A stretch of 64,000 bases of DNA, taken from an uncultured Spirochaetota bacterium. GTDB taxonomy: Bacteria; Spirochaetota; Spirochaetia; SZUA-6; Fen-1364. Under the pieces are notes generated by a model. That model made no database searches. It was not told the origin of the DNA and worked only from the letters and a program-made list of their open reading frames with translations. The stretch is from NCBI GenBank assembly GCA_963820525.1, contig CAWGAA010000001.1:576001-640000 (forward strand), read 5' to 3'. Of the stretch, positions 61,817 to 64,000 are shown piece after piece; position 1 is the first letter of the stretch, and each line of letters opens with the position of its first letter. A program made the position numbers and the translations under genes.

Positions 61817-62253
61817 AGCGCCACCTTCCCGCCCAGCTCTTCAGCCGCTTCCTTGAACTTGCTCTCGTTTTCCTCGAGGTACGCCAGGTAGGACGCCTCC
61901 GACCAGATCTCGATGTATTTCTTGAGCCCCAAAACGATGCATTCCTTCTTCAGCTCCGCGTACTCGCGGAGGGTTTGGGGAACCATGATCCGTCCCGTTC
62001 TGTCGATCTCGGTTTCCTGTGCCGGGGCGATCATGCGCCGCTGGATGAGGCGCGCCTTTTCCTGGAACAGCGACGTGGAGCCGATGAGGTTCTCGGAGAA
62101 AGTCTTCCACTCCTCGGGAGGGAAGAGCCACAGGCACTTCTCAACTCCCCGTGTAAGGATGATCACGTTTCCGAGGATGTCGGTCCGCATTTTGGAAGGG
62201 ATCAGGAGTCTTCCCTTTTCATCCAGCGAACACCTGAATTCCCCAGTAATCAT
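61813..62253 (-). CDS. mraZ: dcw transcriptional regulator MraZ
   Basis: Two SpoVT/AbrB repeats, DEKGR and DRTGR. Confidence 0.96.
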   Translation of the reverse strand: MITGEFRCSLDEKGRLLIPSKMRTDILGNVIILTRGVEKCLWLFPPEEWKTFSENLIGSTSLFQEKARLIQRRMIAPAQETEIDRTGRIMVPQTLREYAELKKECIVLGLKKYIEIWSEASYLAYLEENESKFKEAAEELGGKVAL

Positions 62254-62259
62254 GCCCGG

Positions 62260-62297
62260 CCTACCACTTTTTGCTATCTCCCCCCACTTTTTCCCAC
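62260..62297 (-). promoter_or_regulatory. MraZ-box direct repeats
   Basis: 10-nt period GTGGGAAAAA-GTGGGGGGAG-(ATAGCAAAAA)-GTGGTAGG between the promoter and the mraZ ATG. Confidence 0.75.
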
Positions 62298-62309
62298 CTC
62301 ACAGGTCAC

Positions 62310-62337
62310 ATACTATCCCAAGAATTTCACTTGTCAA
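62310..62337 (-). promoter_or_regulatory. sigma70 promoter of mraZ/dcw
   Basis: TTGACA-16bp-TAGTAT with an AT-rich tract upstream. Confidence 0.7.
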
Positions 62338-62486
62338 CATACATTATGAAGGAAAATATGAAAAAATTATGCTGTTTTTCGAAAAGTAATACACATTTGT
62401 TAGGTACTTTAGAAAAAAATTATCGGAAGCGGCGAGAAGCCGGGAGTCGATGGGGGATGCAAGAGGCGGCGCTCGTCACCGTGCGT

Positions 62487-62516
62487 TTGACTCAACCGGC
62501 GCGCTTGGGGTATCAT
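62487..62516 (+). promoter_or_regulatory. sigma70-type promoter
   Basis: TTGACT-18bp-TATCAT. Confidence 0.6.
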
Positions 62517-62550
62517 TTAGAGAAATCGTAATCACCCGGAGAAAAACCGA

Positions 62551-62832
62551 TTGTCCCTCTATCGAGTGCATTTCAAGTGGAAGGAAAAGGAGATCGAGCT
62601 CATGGCAAAAAGCCTCGACCTCACCCACCCCTATTTCGTGTCGATCAAGAACCTCGTATTTCCGACCGGGCAGAGGCTGGTGATCAACCCGGGCGAGGAG
62701 GAGATCCGCAGGACCTTCGGCGGCTCGGATCATCTCATGATCCCCTTCCAGACCGTGAGCTTGATCGAGGAGCTCCCCGAAGGCCTGGAAAAGAAGGTGA
62801 TGCCATTCCCCCTGGCGGACAAAGGAGAATGA
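62551..62832 (+). CDS. DUF1820-like small protein
   Basis: LYRVHF...LVINPGEE..RRTF....HLMIPFQTVSLIEE pattern; TTG start. Confidence 0.7.
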   Translation: MSLYRVHFKWKEKEIELMAKSLDLTHPYFVSIKNLVFPTGQRLVINPGEEEIRRTFGGSDHLMIPFQTVSLIEELPEGLEKKVMPFPLADKGE

Positions 62833-62852
62833 GCTCTTGAGCCTTTTTCAGC

Positions 62853-62881
62853 TTGAATCGCATCGTGAATTCTTCTATCAT
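62853..62881 (+). promoter_or_regulatory. sigma70-type promoter
   Basis: TTGAAT-17bp-TATCAT, 8 nt before GTG 62890. Confidence 0.5.
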
Positions 62882-62889
62882 TCCGGTGC

Positions 62890-63138
62890 GTGCTTCACTC
62901 GTATATGATCATGTACCCGGAGGGGGACAGCCTGGAGATCGAGCACGGGCTGCGGGTGACCCAGCTCGTGGACCTCAATGGAAATCCGTTGGCGCTTCCC
63001 CTGCCGACCTCGAAAATGATCGTTTACCGCGTCTGGAAGATCTCCACGTTCGTGGAGAAGGGCTCGGAGGAGACGCGCTACCACCTCGAGCTGGTCGGCA
63101 GGCCTGAGCTTGAAGGTCTGGTGGGAAAGGGGAGATAA
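62890..63138 (+). CDS. Hypothetical small protein
   Basis: Host-like codon usage; YPEGD..EIEH..LVDLNGNPL; start uncertain (62890 or 62905). Confidence 0.7.
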   Translation: MLHSYMIMYPEGDSLEIEHGLRVTQLVDLNGNPLALPLPTSKMIVYRVWKISTFVEKGSEETRYHLELVGRPELEGLVGKGR

Positions 63139-63141
63139 GCG

Positions 63142-63453
63142 ATGTTCCAGAAAAAAGAGATATCGAAGGACGAGGTTGTGCTGGAGATCCATGGGCCCCT
63201 CTCCGGAGAGACCACTAATGACTTCCACAGGCACTTGCAGGAGCTCTCTTCGGAGAAGTGCTCCCTGGTCATCCTCAACCTTTCGGAGGTGAGCACGATC
63301 AATTCCTCTTCGCTGGGCAAGATCCTCCTTTTCCGCAAGAAGCTCTCGGAGGAGGGAAGAACGCTCAAGATCAAGGGATGCAGCGACGCGCTTTACAAGA
63401 CCTTCCAGATGATCAAGTTCGACAAGCTGATCCCCATAGACAGGGCGCCCTAG
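63142..63453 (+). CDS. STAS-domain anti-sigma factor antagonist
   Basis: LNLSEVSTINSSSLGKIL, resembling the SpoIIAA/RsbV DSSG phosphorylation motif. Confidence 0.85.
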   Translation: MFQKKEISKDEVVLEIHGPLSGETTNDFHRHLQELSSEKCSLVILNLSEVSTINSSSLGKILLFRKKLSEEGRTLKIKGCSDALYKTFQMIKFDKLIPIDRAP

Positions 63454-63864
63454 GAGCCTGTCGGACTTTAGCGACCGGTGTTTCCGTAAAAGGCTGAGGC
63501 GTGATAAGCTTTGGACATGGCTGAACGGCTGGTAAATGTAGATCGAGAGACGCCGATGCTGTTGCCGGTGGATTTGCGCCAGTGGGTACCGGAGGACGAT
63601 CTGGTGCACTTCGTTGTCAACGCTGTCGAGATGATGAATATGTCAGCCCTCGCGGTAAATCATCGTGGCAGCGGCAGCAAGCAATACCCTCCGCGGATGA
63701 TGCTGGCGCTGGTGATTTATTGCTATGCAAACGGGCTTTTCAGCTCGCGGCGTATCGAGCGGGCGACCTATCGCGACGTGGCAGTACGCTACCTGACAGG
63801 TGATACCCATCCGGATCATGACACCATTTGCGCGTTTCGCCGAGACCCATCTTCGACACTTTGA
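63454..63864 (+). mobile_element. IS1182-like insertion sequence, left end and truncated transposase
   Basis: Starts GAGCCTGTCGGACTT right after CTAG; codon usage and GC shift; transposase N-terminus follows. Confidence 0.7.
63517..63864 (+). pseudogene. Truncated IS1182/IS5-group transposase (DUF772-type N-terminal domain only)
   Basis: LLPVDLRQWVPEDDLVHFV, YPPRMMLAL..Y.YANG..SSRRIE, PDHDTICAFRR, then an early stop with no DDE domain. Confidence 0.8.
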
Positions 63865-64000
63865 GCGTCTCCAGGAAGCCGTACCCCTCGAATTTGCAGG
63901 GAATTTGAAGGTTTTTTTACAACTGGACCGCTTTATGTAGTGCCACGGAATTGGCAGTTTATGAAGAAAATGCTTGCACAGATGCCCTCTTCATGGTAGT

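Noticed and set aside
63843..63935. Group II intron or new gene at the transposase breakpoint
   Set aside because: There is no GTGCG 5' end or recognisable domain V/VI. A short minus-strand frame (CKFEGYGFLETLKVSKMG) is too short to assign.

Overview
High-GC spirochete (Spirochaetia-like) chromosome segment, mostly housekeeping. From left to right it holds the 3' part of a stand-alone EF-G, two hypothetical genes, nnr, a lipoprotein divergent from secA, and an operon of two LysM/M23 peptidases plus a bactofilin-like membrane protein divergent from ftsI-maf. A ~47 kb run of 50 minus-strand genes follows: mraZ/dcw, xerD-TPR-dprA-topA-xerC-hslVU, the flgB...fliA flagellar cluster, then cheW-cheA-cheY. 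The right end has a DUF1820-like gene, a hypothetical gene, a STAS gene and a truncated IS1182-like element. I saw no rRNA, tRNA or CRISPR, and no clearly new multi-gene system. The best unexplained signals are: (1) a candidate sigma28-driven ~68-nt sRNA with its own terminator, convergent with cheY; (2) twin hairpins with identical loops but different stems between motB and fliL; (3) a Csd1/Csd2/CcmA-like cell-shape module whose beta-helix appears to be exported; (4) an apparent ATC start for xerC; (5) a +1 frameshift in mraY; (6) several apparently leaderless genes, including secA. All calls are from reading motifs by eye; no database searches were run.
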